A stretch of 63,137 bases of DNA, filler included, from Octopus bimaculoides (GCF_001194135.2; 11 parts of 10 records of this genome joined end to end with filler, not necessarily neighbours in it), one strand, 5' to 3'. Positions 1-10,260 are shown, numbered from the whole stretch's first letter. Numbers and translations: made by a program. Notes: a model not told the origin generated them from the sequence alone.

Positions 1-480
1 GTTGGAGATGATAGATTTTGATTAATTTAACATGATTTGGTTTAGAAAGAATAGAATGTTAGGTTTTGCTCTATATTTTTTTCTCAGTGAGGTGAGTTTC
101 CTTATTTAAAAGTGTTAGCAATGGTTAAGTTTTGGCTTATATTTTTCAATGAAGAAGGTTTCCTTATTTAATCTAATTTGTGTTGGTGTTCCAATGGCAC
201 ATTGATAGAATGGAAAGATTATAAATTGTGGTAGCATCTGTCTTGCGCATTTCTCAATATGTTCACTAAAGGGTATCATTCTGTATTCTGGGAATGCAAT
301 CTGCTGTCGATGCAGAGTGAGTGCATCTGCGTCTGAGCGATAATCCCGTGGACCTTATGTAGTTTTCGTGGCAGCCCGAGCATCTTTTGACATAAATAAG
401 GTTTTCTGAGGCACAAGTAAAGTCAGATTTGATTTTGAATTTTTGTCCCTCTTTCGAAGATTCTGGCGATTCTGATTGTA
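1..480 (-). mobile_element. Penelope-like element (PLE) 3' end: frameshifted GIY-YIG endonuclease remnant plus 3' UTR
   Basis: Manual minus-strand translation gives KFKIKSDFTCASENLIYVKRCSGCHENYIRSTGLSLRRR / (frameshift) LHRQQIAFPEYRMIPFSEHIEKC...IFPFYQC...RLNKETFFIEKYKPKLNHC* (stop at 115-117). This matches the PLE GIY-YIG layout (C..NLIY...C..C...YIG.T; E..FI....P.LN). Confidence 0.85.
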
Positions 481-779
481 CCCGGTTTGATTTACTTATG
501 CACTGCTGATAAGCACAATAATGGCGAAATATCGGTACCCATCACTCTTGAATGGGATCGGGCGTAAATTGTCTTGCCTATCTATTATTTTCAGGTGTTT
601 TAACACCCAGCGTAATAAGGGAGTCGTCCCTCCCAGGCACTATACCGCAGCGAACCGGCGAACAAAACACATACATTAAGTATGGCGGTGGATACTGTTT
701 ACAGCACAAGCGCTGCTTTTAATTCGTTATTGAATGCACACACACACATATACACACATACATTAGACTTTTACAAGTG

Positions 780-1000
780 CTAGTTAGGTTGTTGGACTCA
801 CGATCATAAAGTCGTAGATACGATTTCCAGATCAGGCAGCGCGTTAGGTCCTTGAACAAGGCACTTCATTTTACGTTGCTTCAATCTATTCAGCTGAAAG
901 AAGTACTATCCTTTTGTTGGTGCAGCCTTTTCTCCCTCACCTGTGACATTTACGATGCTCCACTGCGTCAAGGGTAACACTGTCGAGTCGGTGTCTAAGC
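780..1000 (+). mobile_element. tRNA-derived SINE family C, degenerate partial copy
   Basis: GGACTCACGATCATAAAGTCG...GGTCCTTGAACAAGGCACTTCATTTTACGTTGCT is similar to the reverse complement of the copies at 4903, 9620 and 27200. Confidence 0.6.
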
Positions 1001-1029
1001 CTGCTTGCGACTACATTAACACCTAAAAA

Positions 1030-2640
1030 AACCGAGTAAAAGTATTCTGTAAGTCAGTTACTCAGGCTTTATCAAATCTCATTCAACCCCTGTTTCTGAT
1101 CTGACACAATTGTCAAATCTTGTATGAAAACCTACACTGAAGGTAACATAACTCCTTCTACAAGTGACAATGTTTCAGTACACTCTGTCATACAATTCAA
1201 AATCTCAGTTCCCTTTGTAAAGGGTAGTGGTAAGAGAGAGTACCCTCTGTGAATCCCTATCTCTAAGGGCTGCCATTATGTGTTATACGAATCTGTAGTG
1301 GATTTTATCCTGAGCAATTAGCAGAGTTTATACTTGAGCTCGAGTATAAATTGCATGTAATTATGGGAAATCGAGCTTTGCATAAGCAAAATCTGACCAA
1401 AACACATCAGCATCCATATGTTACACCATAGAATGAAGTTTTAAACCATCTGTACATGCTCAATGCAGCGTAAAAATTCCGGAACCAAAAAAATTTCTGC
1501 TCAGTCACATACACAGTTCTGTTCTTTATGACAAAACCCGTCATCCTTTGTTCCATGAAAACGTTCCAATCAACATCGAGAACAGTGACATTGATTGCAA
1601 CTGACGAGTCCCTTTAACGTGCTTGTGCTTTAGGATGTCTGCCTGTTCTTCAACTCACTAAGTAGCTAGTATCAATCAAATCGCCACTGTACCTTGAGAA
1701 TCTGTCACAAAAATCTTCGTTTTCCGAAGACAATATATGAAAAGCGAGTAAGAGAGCTAATTGGCCCACTGTGATGCCGGCTCATGCCTTCCATACTACA
1801 GTATCAACCTCCCTTAGTTGCAACTTATCTATATCAAACATGTGCAATGTTTCTGTTGGCTTCCTCAAACATTGTGCCACCGGCTTTTCCGCTTCTCACA
1901 TGAATATGTAGACTTCATATTCTTTCGCAGTTCTTCCAATGATCTGGAAGCTTCCACTTCAGAAATATTCTTTGTACAACCGAATGGATTTTTGTTAAAA
2001 TTGTTGTTTCTTTCGACGCTTCCTCATCTGAAAAAAGGTATTCTGACCTGATGTCTCAGCACTTTCTCTTCACAAACTCATACAACTCCAAAAGATTAGC
2101 CTGCGCATCTTCATGAGCTTTTTTTCCTTTTCCTATCGACAACCCTTCCTCTCAGACCTCAGTTTTTCCAGAAGACGCTGCCTCCTCGACAACATTTCTC
2201 CCTCTTTACGCTATCAATAAGCTTTGCACCAAATTCTTCCAAGCACAATAAATTATAACTCACTGCTTTCGGCCCCACCCAAGCTTTCTTTTAGCTTTAT
2301 TATTCAGACTCAACGCAAAATCCCACCCCTACCAAATTGCTCATACTATATTCTTCACTTGTTGCTGTTCACTGGTGATTACAAAATAAAATCATTCCTC
2401 TTCGCCTTTTCTTTAGGTTGAGGGTCTCCAATGCTGTTATCTGTAGTCTGACCGGGATCGCCCGCTGTTTCACCAAGCATGTTGCTAGAACAAACTTGCA
2501 CTCCCAACATTTAACCTTGCCATGCTCTAGCCTTGTGTACCGTAAATCCCTTTCTCACAAAATTTTACTCAAATGTCTCGCAAACATCTTTGACTCGTGA
2601 AACCTTAAGCCTCCCATAAATCGCTCCTTCAGGGTTCCCT
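1030..2640 (-). mobile_element. HERO-like (RLE-class) non-LTR retrotransposon, degenerate reverse transcriptase region
   Basis: Minus-strand fragments appear in the expected order: FNKNPFGCTK; FDIDKLQLREVDTVVWKA; FMEQRMTGFVIKNRTVYVTEQK...RCIEHVQMV; VFWSDFAYA; LEIGIHRGYSLTTTLY; VFIQDLTIV. They correspond to HERO-type motifs F..NPFGFTK, RMTDFLLKNGYIDTSVQKGG..GCLEH, WLDLANAYGS, GIITGCTISVILF and FMDDLTV. Multiple stops and frameshifts. Family call is from recalled motifs, not a search. Confidence 0.75.
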
Positions 2641-3704
2641 CTGGACTCTATACGAAGTAGCTCAATGTGGAAAGACAGTTGCAGCGAGTCAATAGCTTTT
2701 TTGTCAAGCTGGTGCGCACTCATCAACAAGAGTAAAAACCGTTTCTGCAGTCACCTCTTGGTTCAAGCACAGATCAAATCGCATTAAGCATTGCTTATAA
2801 CCGGTAAGTCTATATAGCCTAGCAAACGATAAATGTTTCCAGTTGATTTGAATGGGTAGCTTGAAGAATTTAGTTACTATATATACGGCTAAAGAGAGGT
2901 ATTTAGTATTATAGAATTAAGATTACAAAATGAATACATGTATTGATGAAATCTATTTTGAAAGAATTGGTTGAGTTCATATTAGAAGTAGTGCTGGTTT
3001 CAACTGTGCTGCAAAAGACTATTTCTTTTGACTGGCATTTATCTTGGAGTCAAAATGTATCTCGTGATGACGTTGGGTTCTGAATTTTTCGAAGTTAGCC
3101 ATAGCAACGGTTTTAGCAAAATTTTAATGGTAGGACAGGAAATTTATATATCATCTTCGTCAGTAGTCTATAGTAATAATAGCCTGAGGGAAGTGTTTGT
3201 GTAATATATATATATATGTATATTATGGGTTTTCATTTGCGAATTCTTCAAATATTTGGTCTTTCTAAAACAGTTGATTCACGTATAAAAGTTTGCTTAA
3301 TTTCTTTGGTGCCACTTCATACCCAGAGGGGAGAATGGTGTGCATGAGCGACTCTGCATGTGCGACTGCTGGTCTTCTACAAATAACCATGCCCGGACTT
3401 GTGTTTCAGAGGGGAACTTTCTAGGTGCAATCCAANNNNNNNNNNNNNNNNNNNNNNNNNNNNNNNNNNNNNNNNNNNNTTAATTAATTAANNNNNNNNN
3501 NNNNNNNNNNNNNNNNNNNNNNNNNNNNNNNNNNNATATATATATATATATATACACACAAACAGGTTAGCTGAGTTAGAGGTTACAAGTGAATACAAGT
3601 GTGTTATGGAAATTTTCCATTAGCGCATGCCCTACTTTGGGTCAGCATAATTGCAGTCTAATGATTGAAACAAGATGAAAGAAAAGATAGGATAACATTT
3701 TTGT

Positions 3705-4320
3705 GGGTGTGAAGGTTTTGTAAGAAGCTTGCTTCTCAACCACATGGTCATGGATTCAGTTGCACCTACGGCTAGTATCTTCTACTATTGCCCCAGCATA
3801 ACCAAAGCCTTATGAGTGAATTTGGGAGATGGTAACTGAAAGAAGCCTGTCATATATATATATATATGTGTGTGTGTGTCTCTCTGTCTGTGTTTGCCCC
3901 CTACCACCACTTGGTGTTGGTGTGTTTACATCCCTGTAATGTAGCAGCTCAGCTAAAGAGATTAACAGACTAAGTACCAGGCAGTGAATAAATAAAGGCG
4001 GTGAGCTGGCAGAATGGTTAGCACGCCGGGCAAAAGTGCTTAGCAGTATTTCGTCTGCCGTTATGTTCTGAGTTCAAATTTTGCTGAGGTCGACTTTGCC
4101 TTTCATAAATTGCCTTAATTTATCGGGATCGATAAATTAAGTACCAGTTATGCACTGGGGTCGATGTAATCGACTTAATTCCTTTATCCCCTCTATGTTT
4201 AGCCCCTTGTGGGCAATAAAGAAATAAGAATAAGTACCAGGCTTAAAAACAAAAATGTCCTGGGGTCGATCCATTCAGCTAAAAATTCTTCATGGCTGCA
4301 GTCTGAATCAGGCAAAAGAT
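3705..4320 (+). mobile_element. SINE family A copy interrupted by a family B SINE
   Basis: Head TAAGAAGCTTGCTTCTCAACCACATGG, central (TA)/(TG)n, and tail GGGGTCGAT...CATGGCTGCAGTC. Family B copy is inserted at about 3983-4230. Confidence 0.8.
3997..4230 (+). mobile_element. tRNA-derived SINE family B (Nin/Deu-like central domain), nested in family A
   Basis: GGCGGTGAGCTGGCAGAATGGTTAGCACGCC head (A box), GAGTTCAAATT (B box), GTCGACTTTGCCTTTCAT...GATAAATTAAGTACCAG domain. Flanked by direct repeat TAAGTACCAGGC (3971-3982 and 4231-4242). Confidence 0.85.
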
Positions 4321-4814
4321 TCCTTCCGCATACAAAAAAATAAACAAACCACTAATTAAACTGCTAATAAACAATATTTTAATAACACCAAATAATAAGA
4401 AAGANNNNNNNNNNNNNNNNNNNNNNNNNNNNNNNNNNNNNNNNNNNNNNNNNNNNNNNNNNNNNNNNNNNNNNNNNNNNNNNNNNNNNNNNNNNNNNNN
4501 NNNNNNNNNNNNNNNNNNNNNNNNNNNNNNNNNNNNNNNNNNNNNNNNNNNNNNNNNNNNNNNNNNNNNNNNNNNNNNNNNNNNNNNNNNNNNNNNNNNN
4601 NNNNNNNNNNNNNNNNNNNNNNNNNNNNNNNNNNNNNNNNNNNNNNNNNNNNNNNNNNNNNNNNNNNNNNNNNNNNNNNNNNNNNNNNNNNNNNNNNNNN
4701 NNNNNNNNNNNNNNNNNNNNNNNNNNNNNNNNNNNNNNNNNNNNNNNNNNNNNNNNNNNNNNNNNNNNAAAAACAAGTTATTAAATTATCATAAAAAGTT
4801 AATAGAATAATTAT

Positions 4815-4868
<54 letters not shown>

Positions 4869-4902
4869 GAAGATTACTCTGTTGGTTATGACGACGATGA
4901 TC

Positions 4903-5170
4903 AACAGAACAGCTTGCTTGTGAAATTGACATGCAAGTGGCTGAGCACTCCACAGACATGTGTACCCTTAATGTAGTTCTCAGGGCAGTTCAGTGTGACA
5001 CAGTGTGACAAAGCTGACCCTTTGAAATACAGGTACAACTCATTTTTGCCAGCCAGGTGCACTGGAGCAATGTGAAATAAAGTGTCTTGCTCAAGGACAC
5101 AATGCGTCACTGGGAATTGAGCTCAGGACCATATGATTGGGAGCCGAATGCCCTAACCACTAAGCCATGT
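4903..5170 (-). mobile_element. tRNA-derived SINE family C, near full length
   Basis: Reverse complement begins GCACATGGCTTAGTGGTTAGGGCATTCGGCTCCC...GAGCTCAATTCC (A/B boxes), followed by TGTGTCCTTGAGCAAGACACTT. Confidence 0.8.
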
Positions 5171-5171
5171 G

Positions 5172-5210
<39 letters not shown>

Positions 5211-5290
5211 GTGAGCACAGGTTTTCATCACAACTGACAGATGAATGGGAATGTGAAACTCTGAGTAACAGTTTTGTGATAACTTAGCAA

Positions 5291-5620
5291 GGCGTAGCTG
5301 TGTGGTAAGAAGCTTGCCTCCCAACCACATAGTTCTAGGTTCAGTCCTACTGCATGACATCTTGGGCAAGTGATTGGATTTGGTAGACAGAAACTGAAAG
5401 AAGCCTGTTGTATATATCTATGCATGTGTCCCCACCATCACCACTTGACAACCAGTGTTGGGGTGTTTACATCCCTATAACTTAGTGGTTTGGCAAAAGA
5501 GACTAATAAAATAAGTACTAGGCTTAAGAAATAAGTCCTGGGGTTGATTTATTCGACTAAAACCCTTCAAAGTGGTGTTCCAGCATGGCCACAGTCAAAT
5601 GACTGAAACAAGTAAAGGAA
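5291..5620 (+). mobile_element. SINE family A, full length, CpG-decayed
   Basis: GGCGTAGCTGTGTGGTAAGAAGCTTGCC head through CAGCATGGCCACAGTCAAATGACTGAAACAAGTAAA tail. Confidence 0.85.
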
Positions 5621-6044
5621 TATATATATATATATAGGTCAGTTGCAGGATTCTTTAGAACTTAGGTGTACCAAAATGTAAGGAGCCAAAATTGGGCTGA
5701 GTAAGTAGTATTGAACTTACAAGCTGGGGCAGCCTACAATTGCTATTTGTTAGTTCACAATAAATATGTATATACACACACACAGCTAACTATATATAAA
5801 TACACATGGACAGATATATGTCGTTGTTATTATGCACAAGGGTTGTAAGTCCAAAAAGTTGCTTTTTTTTTTTCAGAAAATGGAAAACTAGTTTCACCAT
5901 TCCATAGCAAAACCGTTGTACTACACTTTGACATCTTGGCATCTGAAGATACCATAGATTGACCAAAAGGACCTGGCTGTTGCAAGCAAAAATAAATATT
6001 GAAAAAATGTATTTGGCCAAATTTGGACATACAACAGTTTAACA

Positions 6045-6250
6045 TATCATCATCATCACCGTCGTTTAATGTCCGCTTTCCATGTTGGCATGGGTTGGAT
6101 GGTCTGACTGAGGACTGGCGAGCCAGAAGGCTGCACCAGGCTCCAATCTGATCTAGCAAATTTCTACAGCTGGATGCCCTTCCTAATGCCAAGCACTCTG
6201 AGAGTGGCAACAACCATGCTCGAATGTTGCTTTTCACGTGCCAGTAGGAT
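6045..6250 (-). mobile_element. SINE family D (RTE-like (GAT)n 3' tail), 3' part
   Basis: CATCATCATCACCGTCGTTTAATGTCCGCTTTCCATGTTGGCATGGGTTGGA...CTACAGCTGGATGCCCTTCCTAA, shared with at least 8 other copies in the window. Confidence 0.8.
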
Positions 6251-6465
6251 GACGCTGACATAGTGGTTAAGAGCACGGGCTACTAACCCCAAGATTCCGA
6301 GTTCGATTCCAGGTAGTGACCTAAATAATAATAATAATCACATCGAAAAATACCTTAGGAATGAGAACCCAGGTTCGAAATTTCCCCAAGACACCTGATG
6401 AAGGCTGGAGGGTATATCAGCCGAAACGTTGTGTTAACAACAAACAAGATGAGGTCAAATGTAAA
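6251..6465 (+). mobile_element. Short element: tRNA-like Pol III head plus type I hammerhead-like motif
   Basis: A box TAGTGGTTAAG (6261-6271), anticodon-like arm GGG-CTACTAA-CCC, B box GAGTTCGATTCC (6299-6310), (AAT)n, then the hammerhead motif at 6390-6435. Confidence 0.75.
6390..6435 (+). ncRNA. Minimal type I hammerhead ribozyme candidate (family 1)
   Basis: GACAC-CTGATGA-A-GGCTG(GAGGGTATAT)CAGCC-GAA-ACGT-T-GTGTT. Stem I GACAC/GTGTT, 5-bp stem II, palindromic stem III, one extra A after A9. Confidence 0.7.
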
Positions 6466-6780
6466 TCATCATCATCATCATCGTCATTTTACGTCCACTT
6501 TCCATGCTAGCATGGGTTGGACGATTTGACTGAGGACTGGTGAAACTAGATGGCTACACCAGGCTCCAATCTGATTTGGCAAAATTTCTACAGCTGGATG
6601 CCCTTCCTAACGTCAACCACTCAGAGAGTGTAGTGGGTGCTTTTACGTGCCATCGGCATGAAGGCCAGTCAGGCGGTACTGGCAACGGCTACGCTCAAAA
6701 TGGTGTATTTTATGTGCCACCTGCACAAGAGCCAGTCCAGGGGCACTGGCAACGATCTCGCTCGAAATTTCTTACACATG
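6466..6780 (-). mobile_element. SINE family D
   Basis: (CAT)n tail and the same body as 6045 and 33767, including the internal GTGCCACCTGCAC-type repeats. Confidence 0.8.
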
Positions 6781-7488
6781 CTGCAGAACAGTTTATCCTT
6801 TGTTTTCTACATACACCCATCAATTTCAATCTCAACAGAAAAACAAATTTTGGTCTTTCTGGCTACACATACCAAAACTGTCTTAAAAGGGTTAATGTCT
6901 ACTTTGGCATGGTTTCTATGACTGGATACATTCACAAGTGCCTGCCAGTTCACAGTGTATACTGGGTGCTCTTTTACAAGGCACCAGCATTAGTGAGGTT
7001 ACAGCTTGTACAGGTATGAACCCTGAGAGAGGCAGCTTTAGCTAGATGAATGTTTAAAGTATGAGAGAAAGGGCCAGATCAAAATAGGTTTACTTGCTAT
7101 AGAGGGACCGCATGGCTACTCGTATTTTAGAAGAGAGGATGTGGGGTGATCGGTATGAAGCAAGGAAGAGATAAAATAGTGGGGATGACCTTCAAAGTAC
7201 AAGGTGAATAAAAGTGAGTGAGAAGAGAACAGAGTGGGAGGGGTGAGTTTGTAGAGTAAATGGAAGAATGAGAGGTTGGGAATGGGTGAGGAAGTAAATA
7301 TGAGTGAAGAACAAGTGTTGAATGGAAAAAAAGTAATGGAGGGAAGAGTAGGTGATAACTGTAAAGACTGGATAGGTTTAGGACTGGATGTAGTGAATGG
7401 TGGGAGGATGACCATAGATAATGGTGGGAGGGTTGAAGGGTACCGAAATGATAATGATGATACAGTAGAGAGAGAGAGTTCAATGTAC

Positions 7489-7689
7489 CTGTTTTATTTT
7501 GCCTGCACATTCTTTGAAGTCTTCAAACTCCATGCTGCATTCTTTGTTCAAATGGAAGCGGCCGTAACCGACTCGTGAGACACACCTGTAGAAATCCAGC
7601 TCAAGTTCACCACACTGTGTAAACTGGTGAGTGAACCAATGCTCTGACATTTTCGTTAGCGGATTGTAGAATAGTGGTGCTGAAGTCAT
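7489..7689 (-). CDS. NDUFS5: NADH dehydrogenase [ubiquinone] iron-sulfur protein 5 (complex I 15-kDa subunit), first coding exon (67 codons, phase-0 end)
   Basis: MTSAPLFYNPLTKMSEHWFTHQFTQCGELELDFYRCVSRVGYGRFHLNKECSMEFEDFKECAGKIKQ contains twin CX9C motifs (C-GELELDFYR-C; C-SMEFEDFKE-C) and a G.GY.R...KEC..E.EDF.EC pattern as in NDUFS5/ND-15. Acceptor TTTTTTTGCAG ends at 7698 (exon starts 7697, 8 nt before ATG). Donor CAG|GTACAT starts at 7488. Confidence 0.88.
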
Positions 7690-8277
7690 CTTTTACTCTG
7701 CAAAAAAATTGTTGGTAGGAACTATATAATTCTTCAAAATGGTAAACAATTTTCGAAATCAGATTAACATTTCTTGGACGATTAACCCTTCAGCATTTAA
7801 ACCGGCCATATCCAGCCAAAATATTCTCCGTTTTTTTGTTCAAACTGATAATGAGTGAGATGTTGTCATTTGCCCCCCACCCCCCATTGGGTGGGTAGTA
7901 ACTTAGAACAGGAGAGACAAGGACTGTGATGACCTGTCCAACCCATACCAGCATGGAAAACCTATCTAAAATGTTGATGATGATGATGGCATTTGCACTG
8001 TGTTTTCATCAGGTCAATCTCTGATTGTCAGTAGGTGTCTTATTTCTGATTAAATACATGCATGTGTCAATGGCCCAGTTGATAAGAGTGTTACTAACCT
8101 TATGTCAGAACTACAGATCCCCAGTTCAAATCCAGTGTGGTACTATATATATAATTCAGTTTTTTGGGATTAATAGATATGCAGGTATTCTATTTCAGAT
8201 AATACAAAAAAATAATGAGTATTTCTGAAGGTAAACTCGGAGTATATATTTGCACATCATGAAATAATACTTTAAAG

Positions 8278-8574
8278 CAGGGGTTTTCAAACTGTGGTCC
8301 ATGGACCACAGGGGGTCTGTAAGGACAAGACAGGGGGTCCGTGGACAGCAAATACTCTTTATGGGCAATTTGATTTTATATATGTTTTTTAATTGAAATA
8401 TTTTAATTGACAATAAACCTATTTGTTAAATACTGTTAAATAAATAAATGTAAAAATATATGTTACTTTAAGCAAATATTTAGGTATAAATTTCATAAGT
8501 GTTTATATGGGGGTCCCTAAGGTAAAGCCTGAAATATAAAGGGGTCCGCAAGTCAAAAAATTTGAAAACACCTG
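8278..8574. mobile_element. hAT-type MITE
   Basis: TIRs CAGGGGTTTTCAAACT and AATTTGAAAACACCTG (14/16 match). Perfect 8-bp TSD CTTTAAAG at 8270-8277 and 8575-8582. Confidence 0.9.
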
Positions 8575-8869
8575 CTTTAAAGGAAATAACCAGTATACCA
8601 GTAGGGTATAAAATATACTTCCTTAATTAACTCCTACTTAAGTTAAAATTTAAATTATTAATTATGAAGGAACTACACATTTCAGTAATGGAAGATTAAG
8701 TTATATATATATATCCAGGAATAAGATACATTCATTAGCTCATTCATTATAATGTTCAATGGGAATCCGAAAATATTTATTATGAAGAAAAAAACCCCCC
8801 AAAATCTTAAGTTTGCTTAATGATACACTGAAGATAATGCTGAATAGCTAGGAAAATAAAGCTGGGACC

Positions 8870-9113
8870 TCACTGTGGTTGTTATAGTCCTAACTATTCA
8901 GCTGTTGTATCCTCCGACCTTCTTCAGGTGTCTGTCATATACGGTAATGTTTTCCAAACTTCAAACCAAACTTTTTATTAAATCCATGAGTGGAGATCAC
9001 CCTCATTCCATTATCCATATAAGAATGCATGCATTTGAATGTCTAACATGTGTCTTCAATGCTTTAATTCTTTTAGTTTCAACACAAGGTCTTAGATAAA
9101 TCACAAAAAAACA
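8870..9113 (-). mobile_element. PLE-LTR-like repeat carrying a degenerate family 1 hammerhead (8888-8932)
   Basis: Minus strand reads AGACACCTGAAGAAGGTCGGAGGATACAACAGCTGAATAGTT, 33/42 identical to 6389-6430. Confidence 0.6.
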
Positions 9114-9121
9114 AAAAAAAA

Positions 9122-9154
<33 letters not shown>

Positions 9155-9479
9155 ACCTGTACTTAATAATTTATAATTTAAACAGGAACACATATGTTTC
9201 TATCCTATACACAAAATACGAGGAAGGCGAATTTAACTATGTAAACAATACACAAGTAAATAATTTGTACAGGTTAAAACGTACGCAAACCAGTGGTGAG
9301 GAAGACATATAGATACTCAAGTAAATCACTAAGATATTTTAAAGACGGATCATTAAAAAAATATTGCAAAATAAGAGATAAAAATTCGGTGAGGTAGGTA
9401 ACTCGAAAAAGTAACAAACAATTAAGTAAGTTTAATATATTTACTGTAGGGAACTATACATATATATATATATCAGAGA

Positions 9480-9575
9480 TGTTTTTGTCGTGATTTGATC
9501 GAGGAACTTGTGTTGAAACTAAAATAATTAACGCGTGGGACACACGTTAGACGTTCAAATGCATGAGTTCTTATA
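9480..9575 (+). repeat. Inverted partner of 9018-9113 (about 96-bp arm); exact duplicate at about 9809-9904
   Basis: Reverse complement TATAAGAACTCATGCATTTGAACGTCTAACG...TTAGTTTCAACACAAG aligns with 9018-9113. Confidence 0.8.
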
Positions 9576-9619
9576 CAAAATGCATACACGCAATGNNNNN
9601 NNNNNTATATATATATACG

Positions 9620-9780
9620 TTGTCTGAACAGGTGCACTGTATACCAGGCGTCAGGTGTCTATGTGATCGCAGAGTAACGTGAGATTGTTTTGCTCAAGAA
9701 CACAACGCACCACTCGCACTAGGAATTGAAATCACGACCGCTAGATCTTGAGTGCAACACCCTAACCACTAAGCCTCGTC
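9620..9780 (-). mobile_element. SINE family C, 5' part
   Basis: TTTTGCTCAAGAACACAACGC...GAATTGAAATCACGACC...CCTAACCACTAAGCC. Confidence 0.7.
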
Positions 9781-10188
9781 TTATATACATATATATATAT
9801 ATCAGAGATGTTTTTGTCGTGATTTGATCGAGGAACTTGTGTTGAAACTAAAATAATTAACGCGTGGGACACACGTTAGACGTTCAAATGCATGAGTTCT
9901 TATACAAAATGCATACACGCAATGTATGTATATATAAAGGTAGACTGACATGTAAATTATTCTTAAAATCTTTAGCGTGAGAAGCACTGAAAAGTTAAAT
10001 ATTAATTAGAAAGAGAGATTCGGAGGAGAGTGGTTTCTAGGTAAGTGTTAATATTTACTACGTTGGTCTATAAAAAGTCTCACTAAAAATATGCGGCATT
10101 CAAGAAAAAAAATACTATTTAATTCGTCTAATATTATATTGTCAAAGCAAAAATTCTGCTTGATATAAAAGAAAAACACATTTCTCAC

Positions 10189-10260
10189 CCTTTGGTAGAT
10201 TTTCAAGGACTTCCAGAACAAAGAATCAACCTTCCACAACAACACCGGATATAACCACTT
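10189..10260 (-). promoter_or_regulatory. Candidate non-coding first exon of NDUFS5
   Basis: Unique sequence ending AAAGG|GTGAGA (donor starts 10188), upstream of the unpaired acceptor at 7698. The 5' limit is a guess. Confidence 0.25.

Noticed and set aside
5877-6000. Plus-strand acceptor (T11 CAG) followed by NGKLVSPFH..., faintly like inorganic pyrophosphatase ISPFHDIP
   Set aside because: Similarity stops at H, the frame closes after 27 codons, and no partner exons were found.
6251-6320. Possible tRNA gene (anticodon-like ACT)
   Set aside because: The acceptor stem is incomplete, ACT is not a normal functional Ser anticodon in eukaryotes, and there is no oligo-T terminator. Treated as a SINE head.
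6540-7019. 159-aa ORF MKLDGYTRLQSDLAKFLQLDALPN... (similar at 33094, 36593, 41145)
   Set aside because: Antisense translation of SINE family D; it recurs wherever the SINE does.
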